24,000 nucleotides of DNA, taken from NCBI GenBank assembly GCA_032162705.1, contig JAVRON010000099.1:57788-81787 (forward strand). The letters are read 5' to 3'. Shown here piece by piece: positions 8,101 through 15,159 of the stretch. The notes below the pieces were generated by a model that was given only the letters and a program-made list of their open reading frames with translations, did not search any database and was not told where the DNA came from. Position 1 is the first letter of the stretch, and the number at the start of each line of letters is the position of its first letter. Made by a program: the position numbers and the translations under genes. The stretch is from Acidobacteriota bacterium. Its GTDB lineage: Bacteria; Acidobacteriota; Blastocatellia; Pyrinomonadales; Pyrinomonadaceae.

Positions 8101-8358
8101 AACGCGCACGGTGTATTTGCCGGGCGCGAGTCCCGCGACGACGAAGTTGCCGTCGTTGTCGGTCGTAACGGTTTTAACCTTGCCGGTCGCGTCCGTCGCC
8201 GTCACGGTCGCGCCGACCAGGACACCGCCGAACTCGTCCGTGATCTGCCCGTGCAGAGTTCCCGTCCCCGCGGCTTGCGCCGCCACGCACACGGCGCACA
8301 TAACGACGAGCGATACCAGCCCAAGCCCGCGCCCGAATTTTTTAAGAGTGACTTTCAT
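5194..8358 (-). CDS. TonB-dependent-receptor-like outer-membrane protein with an N-terminal CarboxypepD_reg domain and a Gly/Arg-rich insertion
   Basis: 1054 aa. It has a signal peptide, then a carboxypeptidase-regulatory-like beta-sandwich ([20 protein letters not shown]...[17 protein letters not shown]). A plug-like segment follows ([32 protein letters not shown]), then a long beta-barrel-like region. The protein ends in the OMP signature ...ASVRFSF. Confidence 0.8.
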   Translation of the reverse strand: [1054 protein letters not shown]

Positions 8359-8380
8359 ATCCGATGCCTTTTAATCTAAG

Positions 8381-8460
8381 GATGAACGCTGAACGATGAA
8401 CGATGAACTGAAATACAGCTTTTGTATTCAGTCCATCGTGTATTCAGTTCAGCGTTCATC
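8381..8460. repeat. Long imperfect palindrome of GMTGAAC heptamers (family B, copy 1)
   Basis: The outer 14 bp GATGAACGCTGAAC (8381-8394) pairs perfectly with 8447-8460. Inner pairing is 8401-8417 with 8423-8438, with bulges. The element lies between the stop of the 8482 gene and the OMP start. Confidence 0.8.
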
Positions 8461-8481
8461 GTTCCGACTTCATCGTTTCTA

Positions 8482-9792
8482 TTACGGTTGGCCGATGCCG
8501 AAGCCGAAGCTGAGACCGCCACCGCCGCCCGCGCCGCCGAGGCCGCCCGCCGCACCGCCACCGGGGCCGCCCATGCCGCCGGAGCGGCGCGACATCATCG
8601 CGACAAGCGGCTCGATGCCGGAGACAAGCTGGATGGCGGTGACGCGCGTCGGGTCAACGCCGACCGTGCTTGAGACGATAATCATCGTGCCCGGCTTCAA
8701 CTCCGCGAGCGTGACCGGGGGCATGCGTTCGAGCATCTGCTGAACCATGTCGCCGCCGCCGCCGCCCATGCGACGCCCACCGCCGCCCGCGCCGCCCGGC
8801 GCTTGTCCGCCGCCCTGACCCTGACCGGGGCCGCCGCCCTGTGCGCCGCCCGCGCCGCCCTGAACAATAACCCTGCGCTCGCCTCCTGCGGCTCCGGGCG
8901 CTCCTCCTGCGGCTCCGCCCGTCCCGCCGCCGCCGGGGCCGCCCGCGGCTCCACCGCCGCCCATCATCATCGACGCGATATCGGCCGGAATCTGTTTGAG
9001 CACGGAGTCGGGGCGGACGACGATTGTGAGCGGCTTACTGTCCTGAGCCTGCTTGACGGTGATCTCGTTCTTCGCGGGGTCGATTGCGGTGATGGTACCA
9101 ATCGCGGTGCGGAAGGTTCCGGTAACGACCTCTTCGGCGTTGAAGCGTGCGCCGTCCTCAGTGCGGTCGCCCTTTGCGCGGAGCTGGTCGCCGACCTTCA
9201 CCTCTTCAAACGCAGAGGGCTTCGCGTCGGCGAACTTGATCGAGTCGGGCGCGTAGCGGCGCAGCTTAACGTTTGTGCCGCCCGCGGGAATGATGACGGG
9301 CTTGGGGCCTTCGGCGGTGCGCGTCTGGAGAGTGATCTCTTTAGTCGCGGGGTTGATGGCCGAGACGACACCGACGATGCCGCGCCGACGCCATTCAGCA
9401 CTCTCGGCCTCGTGCTTGGCCGCGACTTCGGCCTTCGTGTTGACGACGACGGCACGCGCCGCAGGAAGCGTCTTGCCGTCGTCCGAGAGCTTGCCGAGCG
9501 CGAGCAGACGGTCGCCCGCGGCGATCTGCGCCAGCGTGTAGGGCGTCGACTTGTCGAGCTTGGTCTCGCCCGGCGGGTTCTTCACAATCTTGGCCGTGTC
9601 GGGGACGGTGACGATGACGACCGCGCCCGCATCCGTCTTCACAAAAATCTGCTTCGAGGCAGCATCGACGGCGACCACCTCACCGAGCACGTTGTTCGCG
9701 GGCTGCGTGTTCGCGGTCTGCACGACCGCCTGTCCGTATGCGCCAACGACAAAGGCCAGCGAGAGGGCCAGCAGGATCAGGATTTTTCTCAT
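8482..9792 (-). CDS. Secreted three-module beta-repeat protein with Gly/Met-rich low-complexity insert and tail
   Basis: ATG at 9792 is preferred over GTG at 9807 because the SD GAGGAA sits 8 nt upstream. The signal peptide is MRKILILLALSLAFVVGAYG. There are three paralogous modules of the form G.V.AID...K.I.V. ... GD.L.A.G. The third is split by a ~75-aa Gly-rich insert, and the tail is GGMGGPGGG...LSFGFGIGQP. Confidence 0.75.
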   Translation of the reverse strand: MRKILILLALSLAFVVGAYGQAVVQTANTQPANNVLGEVVAVDAASKQIFVKTDAGAVVIVTVPDTAKIVKNPPGETKLDKSTPYTLAQIAAGDRLLALGKLSDDGKTLPAARAVVVNTKAEVAAKHEAESAEWRRRGIVGVVSAINPATKEITLQTRTAEGPKPVIIPAGGTNVKLRRYAPDSIKFADAKPSAFEEVKVGDQLRAKGDRTEDGARFNAEEVVTGTFRTAIGTITAIDPAKNEITVKQAQDSKPLTIVVRPDSVLKQIPADIASMMMGGGGAAGGPGGGGTGGAAGGAPGAAGGERRVIVQGGAGGAQGGGPGQGQGGGQAPGGAGGGGRRMGGGGGDMVQQMLERMPPVTLAELKPGTMIIVSSTVGVDPTRVTAIQLVSGIEPLVAMMSRRSGGMGGPGGGAAGGLGGAGGGGGLSFGFGIGQP

Positions 9793-10181
9793 GCGTTCGT
9801 TCCTCACAATTCTTAATGACGCTGTGCGTGCGGCGTGCGTTACAAAAAAACTTGAGTCCGGTGAGTTAAAAAGCGACTCCGGGAACCACTGCGGTGACAG
9901 AGGTTCTACGCACGCGCCGCGCTGATTGTTCCCAAACCTCGCCGAAGATTAGCGCCGGCCCCGGCCGTTCGCAGATAAAGCGTAAGGCCGCGGGACGGAC
10001 AGCCTCCGTTCACATGACCTCTTTATTTCCAGCGGGCGGAGATTAAAGTTCCAGGGGTTTCGGGAAAGTGTCGGAGACCGACTGGCATTAGACGCGTGGC
10101 GTGTGTGAGCAGTTGGTACGTCTCTCTGGAAATAATTCCATTTTCTCGTGCGAGAGCGACTAGTAGAAACGATGAACGCTG

Positions 10182-10262
10182 AACGTTGAAGTCTGAACGT
10201 TGAGCGATGAACTGAAGGCATTCAGTCTTCAGTTCATCGCTCAACGTTCAGACTTCAACGTT
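10182..10262. repeat. Perfect 36-bp-arm palindrome of GNTGARC heptamers (family B, copy 2)
   Basis: 10182-10217 (AACGTTGAAGTCTGAACGTTGAGCGATGAACTGAAG) is the exact reverse complement of 10227-10262. The loop is 9 nt. It lies 6 nt beyond the stop of the DsbA-fusion gene and shares GATGAACGCTGAACG and CGATGAACTGAA with copy 1. Confidence 0.95.
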
Positions 10263-10268
10263 TCCGGT

Positions 10269-11909
10269 CTAGCGTGTGGCCGCGGGCTTGAGCGCCGCTT
10301 CGATGGCTGCCTTCAGTCCTTCGTAGGTCACGTCCTTCGCGCGCCTGCCGTTGACGAAGAGGCTCGGCGTGCCGGTGATGCCGAGCTTCTGGCCGTCGAG
10401 CAGGTCGCGCTCGATCTTGTCGGCGAACCGGCCCGATTCGAGCGCCGCGTCGAACTTCGCGCGGTCGAGGCCAAGCACCTGCGCATACTGCTTGAGCATC
10501 TCGGGCTTCAAGGCCGACTGGTTGCGGAAAAGTATCGCGGTGAAGTCCCAATACTTGCCCTGCTCGCGCGCGGCCTCGGCGGCCTCGGCGGCCTTGCGCG
10601 CGTCGGCGTGCATCTGAAGCGGGAAGTCGCGCACGACGAAGCGGACGCGGTCGCCGTACTCGGTTATCAGCTTCTCAAGAACGGGCTGCGCGGCGGCACA
10701 GCTCGGGCACTGGTAGTCTGTGAACTCGACGACCGTGACCGAGGCGTTGGGGTTGCCCTTTGTCGGCTGGTCGTCGGTGGCGATCTGGAAGGCGGGCACT
10801 GTGGGCGGCGTGATGAAGGTCTGGACGCTCGCACCGTTGCGCAGCCGCTCGGCGAAGGCGCTCTCAAGCTTCTGCTGTTCGCCCTGCTGAAGGTATTCGA
10901 TGATCTGATACTTGAGTTGCGGGAACTCGCCGTTGAGGCGCTCTTTATTCTTGTTGTAGAAGTCGAGCGCCTGCGCCTCGGTGACGACGGGAACCTTGGC
11001 GGTTATCTCGGAGTCGACCAGCGCGCGTGCCGTCACGCCGCGCTTCTGCGCCTCCTGATTGAGCAGGATGTCGTTGACCTTCATGTCAACGTCACTCTTG
11101 CGTGTGAAGTAGACCTGCTCCTGCACCTGCAAGACGAGCGGGATCAGGCTGTCTTCGATGTCGCCCGAAGTAATGTTCTTACCGTTGACCGTGGCGAGGA
11201 CGCGCGCACGATCCGCAGGGGTGGCGGGCGGCGTCGCCTCCTTCGACAGCAGCTTCACGGGATAGGCGACGCGCAGAGAGTCTGCGAACTGCTTGGCGCG
11301 TTCGTCCTGACGCTGCAAGCGCAGATACTCGACGACCTGATCTTTAATCTGTGGGAAGTCCACGGCGCGGCCCGCCTGCTGCTCGATGGTCGCCTTGTTC
11401 TGGTCGAAGTAGCTTTGGGCGTCGGCGGTCGTCGGCTCCTGCGTTTTGGCGACGACTTCGGCTTCGAGGAGCTTCGTTGTCGAGACGCCGCGCTTCTTCG
11501 CCTCTGCGTCGAGCAGAATACTATTGATCTGTAAGTCGAGTTCGTTCCGGCGCGCGTCGGCGACTCGCTGCTGGAGTTGAGTAATTTGCTGTTGCGCCTG
11601 CGGACTGAGGTCTGCGCGCGTGATCTTCACGCCGTTGACCGCGGCGAGCACATCGGGGACGGGTCCGGCCTCGCAGCCGCAGTCATCAACCTGCACTGAC
11701 GCTGTGTCCACTTTGACGACGGACGGCGGCGGCTGCGTGCTCTGCGCGGGGGTCTTCTTCGCCGTGGGCGAGGCTTGCGTAGAGGGCTTGGCCTGCGCGG
11801 GGGCGGCGGGCTTGGCTTTGCTCTGGTTGGCCGCGCCGCGCCGTGTCTGTGCCGGGGCCGCGCAAGCGAGCGCGACGGCCAGAAGGATTGCGTAAAAAAC
11901 TTTGCTCAT
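10269..11909 (-). CDS. Periplasmic fusion protein: two tandem SurA-N-like chaperone modules plus a C-terminal DsbA-family thioredoxin domain (CPSC)
   Basis: 546 aa with a signal peptide and a Pro/Ala/Lys/Gln linker. Two ~135-aa paralogous modules each start A.VNG..IT and contain ILLD(A/Q)EA(K/Q)KRGV. The C-terminus reads VTVVEFTDYQCPSCAAAQP...KYWDF...GITGTPSLFVNG, which is DsbA/BdbD-like. Confidence 0.8.
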   Translation of the reverse strand: MSKVFYAILLAVALACAAPAQTRRGAANQSKAKPAAPAQAKPSTQASPTAKKTPAQSTQPPPSVVKVDTASVQVDDCGCEAGPVPDVLAAVNGVKITRADLSPQAQQQITQLQQRVADARRNELDLQINSILLDAEAKKRGVSTTKLLEAEVVAKTQEPTTADAQSYFDQNKATIEQQAGRAVDFPQIKDQVVEYLRLQRQDERAKQFADSLRVAYPVKLLSKEATPPATPADRARVLATVNGKNITSGDIEDSLIPLVLQVQEQVYFTRKSDVDMKVNDILLNQEAQKRGVTARALVDSEITAKVPVVTEAQALDFYNKNKERLNGEFPQLKYQIIEYLQQGEQQKLESAFAERLRNGASVQTFITPPTVPAFQIATDDQPTKGNPNASVTVVEFTDYQCPSCAAAQPVLEKLITEYGDRVRFVVRDFPLQMHADARKAAEAAEAAREQGKYWDFTAILFRNQSALKPEMLKQYAQVLGLDRAKFDAALESGRFADKIERDLLDGQKLGITGTPSLFVNGRRAKDVTYEGLKAAIEAALKPAATR

Positions 11910-11926
11910 AGTTCTAGGGTCTGACC

Positions 11927-11972
11927 TCAGTCGGGTTGGAAGCTATATTTCAGTCGGGTTGGATGCTGTATT
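11927..11972. promoter_or_regulatory. Two tandem 23-bp direct repeats in the divergent dsbA-fusion/lpxB spacer (possible operator)
   Basis: TCAGTCGGGTTGGAAGCTATATT (11927-11949) and TCAGTCGGGTTGGATGCTGTATT (11950-11972) are identical at 21 of 23 positions. Confidence 0.35.
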
Positions 11973-12230
11973 CAGCGTCTTCGTCGAATTGTCTACAGGA
12001 TTTTCTTTCGTTCGCCGAAGCCTGCTCTGGGGTTGGCACTTCCCGGACGGCGCGGCGCTCGGGCCGCCAAAGACAACTAATCCACGCCGTCTCTTACCGC
12101 AGCGCAAGCTTAACATCGCCCCACGCGATTCGCCACCCGCGCCCACTACAGCGTAACCCGCATCCCGTCTCTGTTCATTAACGCACGCGCGACTGTCTTC
12201 GATGCCGCGCGCTTGTTATCATCGCGGCGG

Positions 12231-13442
12231 ATGTCCGAGCAGACGTTTGAGAGTTTTCGCCTGATGGTCGTAGCGGGCGAGGAGTCGGGCGACACGCACG
12301 CGGCGGCGCTCGTCTGTGCGCTCCGTGAGCGAGCACCGGCGGCGCGCTTCGAGTTCTTCGGCTCGACCGGCGCGCGTATGCGCGAGGCGGGCGTCGAATC
12401 GGTCGTGCGCGAGGACGACCTCGGCATCACGGGACTCATCGAGATCGCACGCGCGCTGCCGCGCTTCCTCTCGGCCTATCGCGCGCTCAAACACGCAGCG
12501 CTCGCACGCCGCCCCGACGCAGTGGTGCTCGTGGACTGGCCCGACTTCAACCTCGCGCTCGCTCGCTCGCTTCGACGCCGCGGTCTCAAGGTCATCTACT
12601 ACATCAGCCCGCAGCTCTGGGCCTGGCGCTCGCATCGCGTCCGGCAGGTACGCCGTGACGTAGATTTGATGCTCACGATTCTCCCCTTCGAGCGCGACTG
12701 GTACGCCGGGCGTGGCGTCGCGCACGTCGAGTTCGTCGGCCACCCGCTCGCGGGTTCTGTCGTCCCGCGCTGGGGCCGCGCGGAGTTCTGTGCGCGTCAC
12801 GACCTCGACCCCACCGCGCCGATCATCTCGCTGCTGCCCGGCAGCCGCCGCAAAGAGTTCGAGCGCCACATGCCGCTCATGCTCGACGCCGCCGCGCTCG
12901 TCTCTGAAAAACTTCCCGCCGCGCAGTTCGTCGTTGCACTCGCCGCGCGCCGCTCGACGGAAGAGGGCGCGCACGCCGTCGCCGCGCACGCGCAGGGGCC
13001 AAGGCTTGCGCCGCGCGTACGCTTCGTACACGAAGAGGCGCGCGAAGCGCTTGCGGCGGCGGACGCGGCGGCGGTCTGTAGTGGCACAGCCACGCTGGAA
13101 GCGGCACTTCTGAATACGCCGCTCGTCGTCGTCTACAAGGAGTCGGCGCTCAACTGGCACACGCTGGGCCGTCTCATAGAGGTCGAGCACTACGGCCTCA
13201 TCAACCTCGTCGCAGGCCAGCGCGTCGCGCCAGAGCTGATGCAGGACGACTTCACAGGCGCTCATCTCGCGCGCGAACTCCTCTCGCTGCTCGACGCAGA
13301 CCGCAACGCCGATGTGCGCGCGCAACTCAGAGCGACGACCGCTCGTCTCGGCGAAGGCGGCGCATCACTACGCGCGGCGGACGCCGTGCTCAAGGCTGTT
13401 CGTGGTTGGAGGAATCAGCACCGGGCGCGGATTAGTAAGTAG
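12231..13442 (+). CDS. lpxB: Lipid-A-disaccharide synthase
   Basis: VVAGEESGDTHAAAL...VDWPDFNL.LAR.LRRRGLKVIYYISPQLWAWR..R......D.ML.ILPFE is the LpxB signature. ATG 12231 is preferred over the TTG at 12213 used by the ORF track. Confidence 0.9.
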   Translation: MSEQTFESFRLMVVAGEESGDTHAAALVCALRERAPAARFEFFGSTGARMREAGVESVVREDDLGITGLIEIARALPRFLSAYRALKHAALARRPDAVVLVDWPDFNLALARSLRRRGLKVIYYISPQLWAWRSHRVRQVRRDVDLMLTILPFERDWYAGRGVAHVEFVGHPLAGSVVPRWGRAEFCARHDLDPTAPIISLLPGSRRKEFERHMPLMLDAAALVSEKLPAAQFVVALAARRSTEEGAHAVAAHAQGPRLAPRVRFVHEEAREALAAADAAAVCSGTATLEAALLNTPLVVVYKESALNWHTLGRLIEVEHYGLINLVAGQRVAPELMQDDFTGAHLARELLSLLDADRNADVRAQLRATTARLGEGGASLRAADAVLKAVRGWRNQHRARISK

Positions 13443-13797
13443 CTGAACGGTTTGAATGAGCGTCTGAACAGCTTGAATGACTAACTGAACAGCTTGAATG
13501 AGTCCCTGAACGGCTTTATTGACAAGCTGAACGGTTTTAGTGAGTCTCTGAACGGCTTGAATGAGCGTCTGAACGGTTTGAGTGACTAACTGAACGGCTT
13601 TAACGGGACGGTTTCACCTTTGAGTGAACGACTTTCACGCTTGAGTGAACGACTGAACAGCTTTAACGGGAGAGTTTCACGCTTGAATGAACGACTGCAA
13701 GGCTTTAGTGAGTAACTTTTACCATTGAATGAGTAGCTGACAGGCTTGAGAAGTCCTCTTTCACGCTTGAGTGGGAGAGTTTCAAGACCATCTAATC
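13441..13797. repeat. Phase-locked degenerate tandem array, about 17 x 21 bp (consensus NNCTGAACGGCTTGAATGAGY)
   Basis: Manual parsing gives 17 consecutive 21-nt units with no indel over 357 bp. They fill the spacer between the convergent lpxB and lpxD 3' ends. Units 9, 10, 12 and 16 carry the variant TTCAC-N6-GTGAA. Confidence 0.85.
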
Positions 13798-13822
13798 ATC
13801 TCACACGGTTTAGACCGACGAT

Positions 13823-14956
13823 CTATTCTTCCTTCGAGCCTAACCGCTCCGTGAGTTCCTTTACCTGTCGTTTCAACTCCGCGATCTCATCGCGCATACG
13901 CGGGAGACGGCCCCAGAGCGCGTTGAGGCGCTTGTACTCTTCGAGCGGCTGGATGGGCGTGCCCCACCAGACGCCGGGGCGCACGATCTTGCCCGGCAGC
14001 ACGCCTGCCTGCGAGCCGATGATGGCCCCCGACTTCACGCGCGCATGATCTCCCATCCCCACCTGCCCACCGATGACCGCGTCCGACTCGATGACGGTGC
14101 TGCCCGAGATGCCCGTCTGCGCGGCGATGACGACGCGCTCGCCGATCTCGACGTTATGCCCGACCTGCACAAGATTATCGAGCTTCGACCCGCGCCCGAT
14201 GCGCGTCGCGCCCAGCGCCCCGCGGTCGATGCAGGAGTTCGCGCCCACTTCAACATCATCGTCGATAAAGACGGTTCCGACCTGTGGGAACTTGTGATAG
14301 ACGCCTGCGTCGTCGCGCACGTAGCCGAACCCGTCCGCCCCGACGACGACTCCCGCGTGCAGCAACACGCGTTCGCCGAGCGTGACGCCGTCGTAGAGCA
14401 CAACGTTCGGATGCAGAACGCAATCGCTGCCGACTGTAACTCGCTCGCCGATGCTCACGCCGTCGAGAATCTGCGTGCCGTCGCCGACCGTCGAGCCTTC
14501 GCCGACCGACGCCCACGCGCCGACATGGACGCCCTCGCCGAGCTGCGCGCTCGCTGCAACGCTTGCCGTCGTGTGAACCGAGTTTAGCGTCGTGTTAACC
14601 GAGCTTGCCGTCGAGTGCATCGAGCTTGCCGTCGCGTGAACCGAAGCGCCGCGCCGAAGCGTTGGGTGTAAGACCTCTGCGACGAGCGCGAAGGCGAGTT
14701 TCGGGCGTGCCGCCTCGATGATGCTCCGCAAGCCTTCGAGCCGCCCGGCAGCGCCCTCGGGAACGATCACACACGACGCGCGACAGCCTCGCGCGGCTTC
14801 AAACAACTTCTCTTCCTCGACGAACGCCACATCGCCCTCGCCCGCCGTCTCGATTGAAGCCACACGCCGGACAATCGCGCCCACGTCACCGACCACACGC
14901 CCGCCGACGAGCGCGGCCAGTTCGGCAGCGGTTCTTTCTTCCAACTCTCTGCTCAT
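13823..14956 (-). CDS. lpxD: UDP-3-O-acylglucosamine N-acyltransferase
   Basis: 377 aa. It has an N-terminal uridine-binding-type domain, left-handed beta-helix hexapeptide repeats, the motif [24 protein letters not shown] and a C-terminal helix. It lies next to lpxA. Confidence 0.9.
   Translation of the reverse strand: MSRELEERTAAELAALVGGRVVGDVGAIVRRVASIETAGEGDVAFVEEEKLFEAARGCRASCVIVPEGAAGRLEGLRSIIEAARPKLAFALVAEVLHPTLRRGASVHATASSMHSTASSVNTTLNSVHTTASVAASAQLGEGVHVGAWASVGEGSTVGDGTQILDGVSIGERVTVGSDCVLHPNVVLYDGVTLGERVLLHAGVVVGADGFGYVRDDAGVYHKFPQVGTVFIDDDVEVGANSCIDRGALGATRIGRGSKLDNLVQVGHNVEIGERVVIAAQTGISGSTVIESDAVIGGQVGMGDHARVKSGAIIGSQAGVLPGKIVRPGVWWGTPIQPLEEYKRLNALWGRLPRMRDEIAELKRQVKELTERLGSKEE
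14558..14641 (-). repeat. In-frame 4 x 21-bp tandem repeat inside lpxD ([28 protein letters not shown])
   Basis: The plus-strand units are CGAGCTTGCCGTCGCGTGAAC, CGAGCTTGCCGTCGAGTGCAT, CGAGTTTAGCGTCGTGTTAAC and AACGCTTGCCGTCGTGTGAAC. They encode aa 106-133 at the junction of the N-domain and the beta-helix. Confidence 0.85.
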
Positions 14957-15010
14957 AAAAAAGACTGGCTGTCGGCTCGAACAGAGACTTTAAGAATCTA
15001 TTCCAAAATT

Positions 15011-15093
15011 GCCACAGAGACACGGAGAACAAGAATGAAAGGATGCTCAAAGAAATCTTTTCTGTTTGCTCTGTGGCTCTGTGGCTCTGTGGC
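15011..15093. repeat. (CTCTGTGG)x3 tandem repeat with an inverted partial copy (imperfect hairpin) in the lpxD-lpxA spacer
   Basis: GCCACAGAG (15011-15019) is the reverse complement of the CTCTGTGGC units repeated three times at 15069-15093. Confidence 0.7.
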
Positions 15094-15159
15094 TAATTCT
15101 TAGGATTTGAAATGCTCTCTAAGTCAGCCGAAGTTGTTGAATCAACCAACGAGGTCGAA

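Noticed and set aside
9808-10181. Unusually long (about 370 nt) untranslated region upstream of the secreted repeat protein, considered as a riboswitch or ncRNA
   Set aside because: I could not recognise any known riboswitch, SRP, 6S, RNase P or tmRNA signature, and found no convincing conserved-looking helices by eye. The two listed ORFs (9949-10221 and 10023-10244) look spurious. It is left unannotated.
10200-11534. 444-aa plus-strand ORF antisense to the DsbA-fusion gene; similar long antisense ORFs at 8803-9816, 12219-13325, 17075-18073, 19691-20437, 21313-22089 and 22665-23315
   Set aside because: Each lies opposite a gene with clear family signatures. None shows recognisable motifs, all have Arg/Leu/Asp/Gly-skewed composition, and none has an RBS. 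They are treated as GC-driven shadow ORFs.
13441-13797. The 21-bp array as a CRISPR array, or as a coding heptad-repeat (coiled-coil) gene on the minus strand
   Set aside because: It is not CRISPR: units are contiguous with no unique spacers, and no cas genes are present. It is not coding as it stands. The stop-free LIQAVQx frame covers only units 1-8 and has no ATG/GTG/TTG start before the array ends. The lpxD-phase frame is closed by TGA at 13796-13798. The plus strand has TGA in most units. A decayed pseudogene cannot be excluded.
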